DNA of 64,000 nucleotides from Podarcis liolepis (Eukaryota). The translations under genes were made by a program, and so were the position numbers. Of this stretch, positions 40,140-52,300 are shown piece by piece. The stretch lies in assembly GCA_965112155.1 (NCBI GenBank), contig OZ218098.1. One strand, written 5' to 3'. Every line of letters starts with the position of its first letter. The first letter of the stretch is position 1. The notes beneath the pieces are model-generated. The model saw only the letters and a program-made list of their open reading frames with translations, was not told the origin of the DNA and searched no databases.

Positions 40140-40920
40140 CTAAGTGAAATAAAGCACAGTGAGGCTGCTAATATAAGTATATACAAAAATACATAGAATC
40201 GCATGTACATTTTTTGTTATATCTATCAATTCCTTGAGGCATTAGACTTGTTACAATCAATCCTAATACCATATCATAAAATTATGTTCCATTGAGTGAT
40301 ACTCACTAAGATATACTGTGGATGAGGGCACAGAGAACTATGTTCACAGAACCCACCTTTCACCTGCCAAACACACGATGCTCTCCAAAATAAACAACAG
40401 GTTCGAATCTTTCTGCTCATCTTGCAATCCTGTGAATCTGGGGCATAGATGCATGCAATCCCAGCATCCCACCTTCAGCAGCAGTAAATTATATATATCA
40501 TAGGCATGTGATCTGTGCACCCAAAACCTCTCAATGGTCTGGGGTTCTAAAGCTGTGAGTCATTCATTTACCTCTGCATGCTGATTTTTGAAAGATAAAA
40601 TAAGCAAGCAGGGCTTTCTCCACTGACTAATATGACAATACACAGTTCCACCTGTCAAACAGCACTAGTGACGCTGTGTGTACACCCTGTGTTCTAAGTG
40701 ACAACAATGGAATCTGGTTGCCAATGGCACAGCAGCAGCTTGTGGAGGTCGTCCCCCCCCCCCACTGCTATCACTGCTGCATAGCTGCTCTGGAGAACGT
40801 ACAAGGCAAAAGATGACTTTGGCTTAAATTATTTGCAATGTTGAAATAAATCAAAAGTCCTGAATTCTCCTACTAGAATGCCAAATTACTGCAGAAATAG
40901 GCAAACCTAATGGCAAACCA

Positions 40921-41003
40921 GAAGACAGGAGTGCCTGGCGTGATCTGGTCCATGGGGTCACGAAGAGTCGGACATGACTAAACGACTAAACAACAACAAC
41001 AAC
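40921..41003 (+). mobile_element. RTE-BovB LINE 3' end
   Basis: gtccatggggtcacgaagagtcggacatgact...(CAA)n tail; 12-bp TSD aatggcaaacca. Confidence 0.88.
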
Positions 41004-41171
41004 AATGGCAAACCAAGAGGAATTCAATTTGTTTACAAGAAAGAAATGTCTAAACAGAGCAGACATAAAGAACTTGTGTTCAAGACTAATGAAAAATGTT
41101 GACAGTGAGGTCCAAGATTTTGCTGTGGTGCATGATGAAACATTTACATTAATATCTAAAGATTGGCTTAC

Positions 41172-41243
41172 TTCAGCTACTTGCATTTGAATAGACTTTG
41201 CTTCATTTTCTAAGGATTCCATTCTTCTCCGTATTTCAATCAA
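41172..41243 (-). CDS. MIA2: MIA2 exon 12
   Basis: AG/GT flanked; LIEIRRRMESLENEAKSIQMQVAE. Confidence 0.93.
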
Positions 41244-41922
41244 CTACAAAGACAGTAAAATAAATTTAGATAAAACACTCTGGTTGATACTGCCTTGCCA
41301 AAACAACTGTGAACAAACACTGTATTGAATTAGATTTAAATGCTGTATTTCTCAAGGGGTCACTTGTGACCATTTTATTTTCAGCTCTCATTGATAGGAT
41401 ACTATATAGGTTGCAAAAAAAGAGAAGTGACATTCTTTGACTTAATCCAGCCAGGCTGCAAAGAAAGAGTTGGGAGTGCATTCTAAGTGTTGTCACAATT
41501 CTTTCCTTGAAATTGACAAGTGCACAGCCCCTCCCATTTGTCAAAGTGCCCATGTGGCTATTGGGGCATTTCCCCACCCCTGGTTCCCCAACCCTGGTAT
41601 AAAAGATGCTTTAGAAAGTTGATCAAATAACTTCCAAAAGTCAACTGGCTCTATCTACTGTGCCCCAAAGGCAAATGTCTCATTCTCTATGAAGGTATTC
41701 TATGCACATTTGTCAAGAAAACATTCAATTCTATTAGATTTGTGATAATGTTTTTATATTGAAAGATCTACTCTTATACATTCATCTAAACAAACAACAC
41801 TGGCACATGGAAACAGGAAGTCCAATTAACTGTAGTCCACGTATGATTCTCACAGAATGCTGAATACATGGGAGAAAAGTCCCACTGAATTCAACTGGAC
41901 TTTTTCTGATGTTCAGGAATTA

Positions 41923-42276
41923 GGTAAAGGTAAAGGGACCCCTAACCGTTGGGTCCAGTCGTGACCGACTCTGGGGTTGCGGTGCTCATCTCGCTTTATT
42001 GGCCGAGGGAGCCGGCATACAGCTTCCGGGTCATGTGGCCAGCATGACTAAGCCGCTTCTGGCGAACCAGAGCAGCGCATGGAAACGCCGTTTACCTTCC
42101 CACCGGAGCAGTACCTATTTATCTACTTGCACTTTGACGTGCTTTCGAACTGCTAGGTTAGCAGGAGCAGGGACTGAGCAACAGGAGCTCACCCCGTCGC
42201 GGGGATTCAAACCGCCGACCTTCTGATCAGCAAGTCCTAGGCTCTGTGGTTTAACCCACAGCGTCACCCGCGTCCC
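41923..42276 (-). mobile_element. Sauria SINE, full length
   Basis: 5' GGGACGCGGGTG...GGTTAAACC tRNA-like head, (ACCTTT)n tail, 13-bp TSD tgttcaggaatta. Confidence 0.92.
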
Positions 42277-42398
42277 TGTTCAGGAATTATCTACATTTAA
42301 TTAAAATGGCAATAAATCATCCTTGGATGAGCAAAACACACACAGAGAGTAAGATGCAGACATAGAGATAGCTGCATTTCAAGAACCAACATTGGGTT

Positions 42399-42612
42399 CA
42401 GGGGTTGCAAATATGATGGTACATGTGCCCTCTACGGTCTTCCTTGGACCCACAGGGCTCCCACCCTGCTGCTGAAATTAGGATTGAAAAGAAGCATTCT
42501 ACTGCAGCCAAAAGAATAGGCTGCAGTGTGCACTTGTTTGCAATGGGATGCCCACTGCAGTTTCTCCGGTTTACAAATGTGTCCTTGGAACCAAAAATGT
42601 TGGCAACCCTTG
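42399..42612. mobile_element. Degenerate hAT MITE
   Basis: CAGGGGTTGCAAA...TTGGCAACCCTTG termini. Confidence 0.55.
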
Positions 42613-42919
42613 CTGTACATAATTAAATTCAAACAGTGCTGCCTCCAGGACACACTGAAAAAATGTGGATCAGTCTGATAAAGAAACAATACATTTAACA
42701 TATTTGGAATATGAAGTACACAGTGTTTTTGATCAAAAGCCACAGGAGCAATTGACCTTCAATGACTTAATGTTATTCTTAAAAAGAAAAAAAGCAAATA
42801 GAGAGGAGGAGATGAGGACAGGATATTCTAATTTTAATGCAGATAAATTACACTATCTGATTTCTCTTTGAAGGCCAAACTTTCTGCCAGAGAAAGACTG
42901 CTTTGAACAAAAGACATAC

Positions 42920-43030
42920 CAAGTCATCCTGCTCTGATCGTTTGGACTTCTCTTCTTTAAGTTCTTTTTCTAAACATTCTATGTCACTCTTGAGTGCAGA
43001 GTTTGAGCTGCTCAGTTCTTCATATGCTGC
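42920..43030 (-). CDS. MIA2: MIA2 exon 11 (coiled coil)
   Basis: AG/GT flanked; AAYEELSSSNSALKSDIECLEKELKEEKSKRSEQDDL. Confidence 0.93.
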
Positions 43031-43911
43031 CTAAAATAATGAAGTTTTGAAAGATAACATGAAGACATTTATAGTAAGATTAATCGAGAATGAAGTAGTA
43101 GCTACTGAGCACTTTTAACTTTAATTATGTATTGTAGAAACAATAAGAGCAGCTCCACATACCAAGCTACATTGGATGTATTCATTATACTTAAGTTTAA
43201 TGCACTAAAATTAAATGCCTGGGTCAAGGATGTACAAAATCAAATTATTCAACCTGCATAAATCATGCAAATTAAAGTTAGCACAATCTACTTCATTTTA
43301 CATATTTGATTCTCCTTCTGCCAGCCTTGCATGGATAAAAGAGTCCATGCAGAGTATGACATCCCACATTTTTTACATTTTGTTGAGCTTTTCTGCACAG
43401 ATAGGGTTAAAAGCCTTTAAAAATGAAATGTGAGATTACCAAAATTCCAGATTCTGCACTTGTACAGTAAATTCCTAACTTAATGCCTTGTGACTGGACA
43501 CAATAGCCAACAAAAAGCAGTGAGTTAGTATACATACACGTCATAAACAACAACAAAAACCTACCTAGTGCTGCAGTTCAATGCTTACTTATTTGAAAGT
43601 GAGCCCCACTTACTTACACAGTTGGAATTCTGAACAAACATGCACAGAATCAGGTGGTAAAGAATATTCTAGTTTATAAAATATATTTTACAGATGTTCA
43701 TTCATTTATGTTCCTTAAAATGTGGAATTATGATGAAGATGATTCGCAAGATTAGAAACTGTATTATTTTTGAATGTGTAATCTTTATTCTTTTTCTTAC
43801 ATTGATTCATTTTTGTTGTTTTTAAGCCAAATAGAGGTTTATATTAAAATATGAAGTGGTATATAAATAAAATGAATATTATACAAGTAATTTTCCCAGT
43901 TCAACTTTTAC

Positions 43912-43983
43912 CTTCATGCTTGATGTACTGGCTAACCCTTGCAGAAGACTGGCATCTTTTAGGGAGTTTTCTAACTCTTCATA
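43912..43983 (-). CDS. MIA2: MIA2 exon 10
   Basis: AG/GT flanked; YEELENSLKDASLLQGLASTSSMK. Confidence 0.9.
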
Positions 43984-44204
43984 CTAAAATGAAAATCCCA
44001 TGTTAGAAATAGAATAAAGGAAATCAGACAACCTATGGCTGTGCTCCTCAAACTCCTCTGCTAGCAAAAGCTCCACACATTTCAGCTTTATAATTATCAG
44101 ACTTGTCAAGAACTAGGCTAAACAAGGTGTTCCAAATAGTAGTATGGGAGCCCAGAGAGGGACAATTCCTAGCAGAATTCTCAGGAAAACAAGGTTCCGT
44201 AAGC

Positions 44205-44426
44205 CAGGGGTTCCCAAACAGCAGGGCATGGACCCTCAGTGGTCCATGAGCTTCACTCAGGTCTTCTGTGACATGTCTATAAAAAATCAATTTAAAATCC
44301 TACAGCACCTAGCACAGTGCAATACCATTGCTACCACAGACAGAAAAATGATTACGGTAAGTAGCCTGCCAAGACCCTCTGCAATTTTTAAGTGGTCCAT
44401 GGCAGGGGGAAGTTTGGGAAGTACTG
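44205..44426. mobile_element. hAT MITE
   Basis: CAGGGGTTCCCAAAC...GTTTGGGAAGTACTG termini. Confidence 0.65.
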
Positions 44427-44870
44427 CTCTATGACTTGGTACCAATGAACTCTTTTCTCCTAGCATAGTTATCACCCTTTTGCTGTGGGTGATCTAGGCA
44501 TCTTTGCACATTATAGCATTTCTGTTGCAGGCATATTGCTTGGTTAATGGTTTCAGAACAAGCCTGGATATTAAGTCAGTTTCCACTACGGCTCACTATC
44601 TTGGCTTGTTCCATAACCGTTAGCCATATTTTCCTGGTTCAGACTAAACAGGAAACTTGGTTAGAAGAAAGCTTTCTGGTTGGTTGCTTGGTTTTCTCAC
44701 TCTTACAAAGGAAGGAGCAAGGCAGGTGTATCTGTAGCCAAAATACTTGTGCATCATCTGAATGCAGCTCCTATGCAATGAGGTTGTGCAAGTGCATTGG
44801 AATAAGAAATGGTAATTGAAGGGAAATGAAGGGGGGAAGATACACACACATTCATTAAGCCAAATCGATA

Positions 44871-44925
44871 TAAAATAAAATAAAATAAAATAAAATAAAA
44901 TAAAATAAATAAAATAAAATAAAAT
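44871..44925. repeat. (TAAAA)n microsatellite
   Basis: Seen directly in the sequence. Confidence 0.95.
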
Positions 44926-45020
44926 ATGGAAGCCTATATTCTAGTATTTAAAAAATTTGGGCAGAAGCAGAAGCAATAATTCTAAGCATTTAAGCTTTGA
45001 AGGGAAACAGTAACCATTAC

Positions 45021-45109
45021 CTCTTTTTTGCAGAGACTGAGTTTTTCCAGTACTTTACATTTGTCTTCAACTAGTTCAGCAACTTTACTGGCAAGCTGTT
45101 TCTCTCTTC
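45021..45109 (-). CDS. MIA2: MIA2 exon 9
   Basis: AG/GT flanked; REKQLASKVAELVEDKCKVLEKLSLCKKE. Confidence 0.93.
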
Positions 45110-45206
45110 CTAAAAAGAGGAAGAGCTATATGTGGTAACCTTTAACGGAGAGAAAACTGTTTCAACTGCAGCTAAACTCAACTCACAGACAAAAATTTGA
45201 ACTTAC

Positions 45207-45228
45207 CTACATAAAGTCTACTTCTAAT
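45207..45228 (-). CDS. MIA2: MIA2 exon 8 (22-nt microexon)
   Basis: ttttgcag|ATTAGAAGTAGACTTTATGTAG|gtaagt; IRSRLYVG. Confidence 0.93.
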
Positions 45229-45652
45229 CTGCAAAAGAAGAGCAAATATTGCAGTTTGTTTACAGCATAGATGGGATTGAGGCTCAGTTTTCAATATTAA
45301 GGGAAATTTAGAGTAGCATAGTCAACAAAGTAGATTCCCAGTGCCAAAGCAAATGTAACATCAGGGCTCTCTTAAAATCAATTAAAAGATCAAAAATAGG
45401 CAAGCAACTTGCAGAATCACACACTTCCTCCCCACACTTCCCCTTTAATCACAGTTAAATGATACATCACGATATTAACAACGGTTAAAGCTAACTTCAT
45501 TTGCCACATAAACAGGATTCTCAGAATATGGAGCTAGTTCATAATTCTGCATGGGGAACTTCATTAGCCTTAACAGACTGCTAATGTTACTGCAGTCGTA
45601 TATCTTAACTGGGGATAAACAAGACTGCTCTCAGGAAGGAGCATGCAATCAC

Positions 45653-45879
45653 ATAGGCTATTTGTATCTCAGTGTATACACAGCTGGCCCTTTTCTCAAC
45701 ATGAAGGTTAGCTCACCTGCCAACTCTCACAAGCGATAGCATTAAAAATGCCAAAAGCCAAAACTACAAATCAAAAAATAACAAAATTGCAGAAGTAAAG
45801 GACCTACTAGACTAGAGTGTTTATGTGGCACTTAAGCAGTTTAGCACTCTACAGATGCAACATTCTCCACCTTTCACTA
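45653..45879. repeat. Dispersed direct repeat, copy A (partner 54268-54582)
   Basis: Colinear similarity, for example ctgccaactctcacaag, gtaaagga.ctactagact and cacctttcacta. Confidence 0.85.
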
Positions 45880-46076
45880 CCACAGAAAGAATGTAGTGGT
45901 CAAGGGAGCCGTGGACTCAAAAAGGTTGAAAACCTCTGCCATAATCCATTCTCCATCATTATGTCTGCCAGTGACTCAAAGTAACAGCTTGTGAATGGAG
46001 TGGACCCTTTGCACAACTTTGACATTCAAGTGCTTCCTACTACATTCTTTCTGCACTTCATGCAAAAAAAGTAGCA

Positions 46077-46317
46077 CAGTGGTACCTCGGGTTACAAACG
46101 CTTCAGGTTACAAACACTTTGGGTTACAAACTACGCTAACCCGGAAGTAGAACCACAGGTTGAGAACTTTGCCCCAGAATGAGAACGAAAATCGTGTGCC
46201 AGTGGTGCACCAGCAGTGGGAGGCCCCATTAGCAAAAGCATGCCTCAGGTTAAGAACAGTTTCGGGTTAAGAACAGACCTCCGGAACGAATTAAGTTTGT
46301 AACCCAAGGTACCACTG
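46077..46317. mobile_element. Tigger/mariner-like MITE, inverted relative to the 33090 and 33627 copies
   Basis: CAGTGGTACCTCGG...AGGTACCACTG|TA; its right end is the reverse complement of the left end of the 33090 copy. Confidence 0.85.
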
Positions 46318-47047
46318 TACTGTGGTAATCAGTCACTGTCTGTGAAATAGTACAGGAAGACTATTGTCTTAGATCTAAAAGCTTTTCAAAAATCAATCTA
46401 GATTGAATGGATGTGGAACTTCAGAACACAATAATGTAGTCACAAAATAAAGGTATTCCTAATTTAATAGATTCAAATGTTGTTTCATCATCTTGCTGAT
46501 GAAAAATACACACAAAATCTCATGCAAATTAAAGTTTCCATAGTTTCTTCAAGCTACAAGGAAACATCAGAGCAATATACTAACATCTTTAAAAAGATGT
46601 GGTGGGTGTCAGGGAGAGGCCGAGTGGACAAAAATAAAGAATACTAGTTCAAGGAGAAAATTAAATAGTTACATCATCAGGGACAGCAGTTTGCACTACT
46701 GAGTATAATTTAGTAATTCTTCAAAATTTATTCTGAAACTGTAACCTATATAGTCTTGAATATTTCAAAGAAAGCCAGTTTATTAAAACTGAAATAAATA
46801 TAAACTGACTATTAAAATAAATGCAACTGAACATGGAGATGGATTTTGTTTAATTTGCTTTTCCGACACCAAGTTGAAATATGAAGTTGCCAAAATACAG
46901 ACAAGTATTTAATTCAGCTAAAATCCAAAGCCACATCACAGGAGATGTTGAAGAATGTTACATAGGATTCTCAAAATACAAATGAATATTTTAAAAGCAA
47001 TCCAACAAGTTTGATAAAACTCTGTATAACTCATACTGAATACTTAC

Positions 47048-47179
47048 TGACTGATAACTCCTACACATCAGAAGTAAGATAGTAAAAATGGCAACAACTG
47101 CACCACAAATCACCATTTCCCATGGAAAGCCATAAAGATCTGGACCAGGTTTCATATTTTCAGGCAATGCTGCAAGAAC
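47048..47179 (-). CDS. MIA2: MIA2/cTAGE5 common exon 7, transmembrane helix
   Basis: ttttaag|...TCA|gtaagt; VLAALPENMKPGPDLYGFPWEMVICGAVVAIFTILLLMCRSYQS. Confidence 0.96.
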
Positions 47180-49218
47180 CTTAAAACAAAAATGAACAAA
47201 ACAAGCTTTTCCCCCAACAATTAAGAGCAAGGTGTTAACATAAACTGTGTATATTTGATCAGGCTAATTCAGCGTTATTTCAAAACACAATTGATAAAAC
47301 ATTTTTGCAAGACAGAAATCAATACAATAGAAAAGTTGAAAGGGGGAAAGAGAAGAATGTCTCATCATAAGCAAACTCCACAGTTTAGTGCTTCAGTCTT
47401 TTATGTTTACTTTTTTAGAACTGATATAGACACTTATCAGAAGCCCTGTATTTAATCTGGAGATTTCATTTATTTAACACTATTGTTCAACAGAAGACAA
47501 GAGTGATGTTCTTGATAGTATTGTATGCACACTTCTAAATAAGACAGATAGTGTGCTATCCAATGTTTGCTTACTTTGGGTTGCTTTTCTTAGGAAACCC
47601 CAAAAGTTGATGCTCATAAAGGAAGGAAAAATTATTAATAGAACTATGAACACTTGTTAGCAAGAGAACTAGCTTACAGTGCCTCTCTCCATATAGGACA
47701 AAACTGCTAAACAGCAAATGACAGAAAACAGACTTATAATATAAGGCAGTGTCAAACATTTGGTTGACTAGATGAAATCAATATATGAAACAAAGACCTT
47801 GCTTCCGCACACTGCTTCATGGTTCCATCTCACTGTCCTTCTAGAATTGCCAAATCACAATGTTGCAGTGACAGCAGGAGCTACAACTTGCAGAGCTCCC
47901 TTTACATAAAATTCTTAAAAGGAATAATAGCCCTGTCAGACTCTATAGACTAGGAATAGAGAACCTGTGGCCCTCCAGTTTTCATGGACTCCCAACTTTA
48001 TCATCCTTGACCACTGACCATGCTAGCCTGATCAACATCCGGAGGGCCCCAGGTTCCTCATCCCTGATCTAGATTCTAAGGTATTTATATAGCCAGTGAC
48101 TTTTTGGAACACAGTACCTATCCCTTCAAATCTCCATCATTTTTCTAATCCCTTCCTATTTTCCATCCCATGTGAATTTTTCTTTGACTCCATTTCTTCA
48201 TGTCTCAATAATCAGGTTTCATCAGATTCCTGCTTTTCAGGCTACTGCCTAGTGTCACACTTTCCCTTTAGATACCCCACCTTTTGGCCAATCCTCTTAG
48301 TACTCAACTTACAGGCCATTCTGACATTATGCATTGTGATTTCTTCACAGCCTCCTTCTGCTTTTTTGTTATTTAGCTCACCCGCCACGTATACACTTTT
48401 TTCTCAGTCTATTAACTGCACTCTACCCTTAAATTTCCAGAAGAATTAGACTGTTATAGCAAAAACAACAAAGTATGGCATAAACTTTCACATCTCATGA
48501 AGTGCACTATGGCCCATGAAAGGTTATGCCCAGTAAAGGAAAAGGGCAGAAGTGTCACAAGACTCTTTATCGTAACTCTATCACTCAGCCACCTTATTTC
48601 TGGGATCCTTGAATCTTAGCTTTACTATCACCACATCTACAGCTGCCCTGCAAAACTGTGCACCTGCATTTTAAACCCAACCTAACAGGCAAGTTCCCCC
48701 ACTCTCGTTTTGATCCCTCAAACATTGGACTGTTCATGAACATTTTATGGCCTCAAACCAGCTTGACTAATCTGTATCAGAAACTTCACCACCACATACA
48801 AAATGCAGAGCAGATCTTTCCATGCTATTCTTCCATCTTCAAGATGAGGTTTTTAAAACCAAACTGGGCTCTTGAGCAATCCTTGGTTCAGAAGTGGCTG
48901 TTCTTGTATTGACATGGTAGCCTATTCATTTCTCCCACATGAGAAGCAATTTAGCAGTTTCCCTTCTCAACTTTTTATTTCACAGCCTAAACCAGTAAAA
49001 GCATAAGATGTTCAAAACTATGACTTGCCATATTAACACTCTGAAAAAACGTAGCTATGATTTACACAACCATTTTTCATATGAATATATTCCTCCTCCT
49101 CCACCCTGCCCCATGATTTTGGTGTGGCATCCAGTCTTGTGAATGTTCCCTAAAGTTCCTTGAACTCATCATGTCCTGGAAAACTTTTGAAAAACAGACT
49201 GAGTTAAGACGCAATGAG

Positions 49219-49313
49219 TTTATTTATCTTCATCTGCCTTTCTTCCATCATGTAGCTCCCAGGCAGTCGTGCATCCAGTTGGCATCAAGGCTTTTGAAGA
49301 AACACGCACAAGA
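49219..49313 (-). other. Candidate cryptic alternative terminal exon (SCACFFKSLDANWMHDCLGAT*, then AATAAA)
   Basis: Long T-rich tract plus ttgttcag| acceptor; TGA at 49250-49248; AATAAA at 49224-49219; GT/T-rich sequence downstream. Confidence 0.35.
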
Positions 49314-49901
49314 CTGAACAACACATCAAAATATAAAAAGATAAAATACATACAGAGAGAGAAAACAACTCGTGGTGAATTTATAAAGTGAAAAACCATG
49401 GTTGTCTGAATGACTGTTACGTACACAACATACAAACCCAGTTTTACCAATATATCAAATCAGTTTGTTATTACTGCAAGTAATACTAAGCATTCTTTTG
49501 TGCGCAAGTGCGTTACAATCCTTATCTCAGGTATGGCAAAGATGTGGCCTTCCAGATGTTGCTGGACTACAACTTGGGTAATCACTGAACACAACAGCTG
49601 GGCTGATAGCTGGATTCCAAAAGCATCTGGAGGGCCAGTTTCCACATCCCTGCCTCAATTATTTCATTCTGACGACAAACTTACTGTATAAGATAGGTTA
49701 GTGCACTGTCTAACATCACTGTGTTCTATGGTCGTGGAACCCAGCTCTTGAACTTGGGCCTCATCATCTCAGACACAACACTACGAATTGATCCACACAT
49801 GCAAGTCTCATCACACAATAGCTGGCATGAATTGCATCTACCAAAAAACATAGTATTTGAGACTGGTTCGATCCAAGGTACCTGATTTATAATGGTTGCT
49901 A

Positions 49902-50257
49902 AAGGTAAAGGGTAAAGGGGAACCCTGACCATTAGGTCCAGTCGTGGCCAACTCTGGGGTTGCGGCGTTCACCTCGCTTTATTGGCCGAGGGAGCCGGCG
50001 TACAGTTTCCGGGTCATGTGGCCAGCATGACTAAGCCGCTTCTAGTGACCCAGAGCAGCGCACGGAAACGCCGTTTACCTTTCCGCCGGAGCAGTACCTA
50101 TTTATCTACTTGCACTGGCATGTTTTCGAACTGCTAGGTTGGCAGGAGCAGGGACCGAGCAACAGGAGCTCACCCCGTTGCGGGGATTCGAACCGCCGAC
50201 CTTCCGATCGGCAAGCCCTAGGCTCTGTGGTTTAACCCACAGCGCCATCCGCGTCCC
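49902..50257 (-). mobile_element. Sauria SINE, full length
   Basis: Same family as the 41923 copy; 14-bp TSD tataatggttgcta. Confidence 0.92.
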
Positions 50258-50719
50258 ATATAATGGTTGCTACACAGAGGCAACTGACAAATATGCACAT
50301 GTGAATTCAGCCTATAGTATTCTTACAGAAGCAAATAGGATACAAGATAGAGGCACAGACTACATTAGAGAGCCACTTTTGAGTTTTACAGCAGACACCT
50401 CTTTCCTTCTTTCAGACAGAGACCTGCCTATCTCTTTAACAGGTGACAGACAAAATACAGCTTTGGAACTAAACTGAAGCAATGAAAAAGCTCCACCTGA
50501 ATGTCAGCCTCTCACAGCTCTTAACAGCACAGGAACCCTATCAGAAAAAAGGTGGCAACCTACTTGGCTTAAGTCAATGGTTGCATTCCTACCACCATCT
50601 ACCCACGGTACACAGCCACCTGTGAAACGTTATGCCAGCCTGGAGGCATTTTGTCATTAAAGGGTATCATCTGAACCTGGACTTTGTCGTAGAAAGGGCT
50701 TTTAATAACCAGGAACGCT

Positions 50720-51480
50720 TGAAGCAACACGGCCGTGCCTCTGAGCATGTGCAGGGCGCAGTGCCGCCGCCTCTTGAGTACCGCAGCCTAGACGGGCGTG
50801 CCAGTGAGATGGGCGCAACGTGGGGGGGGGGGAGTACGCTTTGGGCCCCTCTCTCGTCACAAGGCAAGCAAAGGCGGCATCCCAGCCGGGGGCAACGCAG
50901 AGCCCCGGCAAAGGCCGACGACTCCACGCCCCCCCGCCCCGGCGCCCTGCCCTTCCCCGCACTCACGCTCTCCAAGGCCAGCCCGCAGTAGCGCCGAGCG
51001 GTGTCCCGCCAATGCAGCCCGAGGCCTCCGGTCACGGCCTCCACGGCGTCCTCCGGGCTGCCCCCCGCAACGGCGGCGTCGCTGGCAGCAGCCATCTTTA
51101 CTGCAGCAACTGCGGCTCGGCTCAGGGGGGCCCAGCGGCAACCGGCAGCGCCGCCCACACCGCCTCTTCCTGTCCTGGGCGCCCGCCCGGCCAACGGGAC
51201 GCACCACCGGCAGCCTCGGAGGGGGGAGCCGGGAGAAACCATGGCCGGAGGGGAGGGAGAGTCGGGCGCCGCGAAAGAAGGACACCGCAGTCGCGAAAGG
51301 GTTTTCTTTTAAAAGGGGGGGGGGGAAGAGGGTCGAAGGAGGAGAGACGGCAGCGCTGCCGGGGAAGGAGAGGCTGTTTCGGTGTTTGGGCAGGAGGCCG
51401 CATAGGCATTTCAGTCGCCCCCACTGCACGGCAGCAGGAAGCACCCACTCCCCTGTATTTTGCTGCATGTTCGCAAGGGG
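50720..51480. promoter_or_regulatory. CpG island / cTAGE5 promoter
   Basis: Very GC- and CpG-rich, with GC boxes and an ETS-like CAGGAAG on the minus strand (~51166-51172); surrounds the first exon. Confidence 0.85.
50967..51095 (-). CDS. MIA2: cTAGE5 main first coding exon (CpG island)
   Basis: Kozak aagATGG. Encodes MAAASDAAV...RRYCGLALES|gtgagt (cf. human YLGLLLEELRR); 129 bp, phase 0. Confidence 0.85.
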
Positions 51481-51919
51481 CAAAATAAATGATCCAGCCC
51501 CGAGGAGGCTACAAACCAACTCCAAGCAGCGACCTGAATGACACAGAGCTAGCAATCCCTATGCAGTCATCTTCCGTGTCTGCTCATGTTGCTCTTGTAA
51601 AGGGCGGTGGTGCAAGTTAGTTAATTTGGTAAGACAGAAAAAAGCCAAAGAAGACAGTTGCAATTTTCTCTCCGGCCAAAGTCAAATCAGTCTCTTGGCT
51701 TTTAAACCGGTGCAAGTTATTGCAGAGTATACTGCAACATATGCAAAGGGCACTGGAGAGCTTTCAACAATGTGCGATAGTTGAGGGGGTTAGGGCTTGC
51801 AACAGGGTCCTTGGACGAGATGAGGCATGCTACCAGCATATCCCTAATTTAATCTGTGGAAGACTGAAGGATATGGACTGTTAGTATAAACTAATCTGCA
51901 GCCCTAAACAGGTAAGGAG

Positions 51920-52300
51920 TAAGAACACAAGAAGAGCTTGCTGGGTCAGATCATTGGCCACCTAGGTCCGGCTTCCTGTTCTCACAAGGGCCAGCTAAAT
52001 GCCTGTGGGAAATCAGGAGCAGATTTCTGCCTCCATCTGCGAATGAAGAACACAACCTTTGGCTAATTAAACAATCTATGGCCTTTTAAACTGGGGGGGG
52101 GAGTATTGTTTTTGTTAGTTATGGTGTTCTGTATGTTTATGTTTTTATATTGTAAACAGCCCTATTGATAGCCCTCTCCTCCATGAATTTGCCTAATCCT
52201 TTTTTAAAGCCGTCAAGTTGGTGGCCATCACTGCCTCCTTGGGGAGCAAGTTCCATAGTCTGACTATGCTCTGCATAGTTTTACCTGTCTTAAATCTTCC
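51920..52300 (-). mobile_element. Old CR1 3' fragment (interrupted)
   Basis: IVRLWNLLPKEAVMATNL motif and a taagaacacaagaagagc tail. Confidence 0.65.

Noticed and set aside
48470-48570. Second Penelope-type hammerhead remnant (+ strand)
   Set aside because: The core box is mutated (CTCATGA instead of CTGANGA) and the stems are degenerate; treated as a dead relic.
50632-51555. Many long overlapping ORFs on both strands
   Set aside because: Expected stop-codon depletion in a CpG island; only the 51095-50967 exon has a matching donor and homology.
51905-51920. Plus-strand CAG|GTAAGG donor suggesting a divergent antisense transcript
   Set aside because: A lone motif beside a CR1 remnant; it cannot be supported without RNA data.
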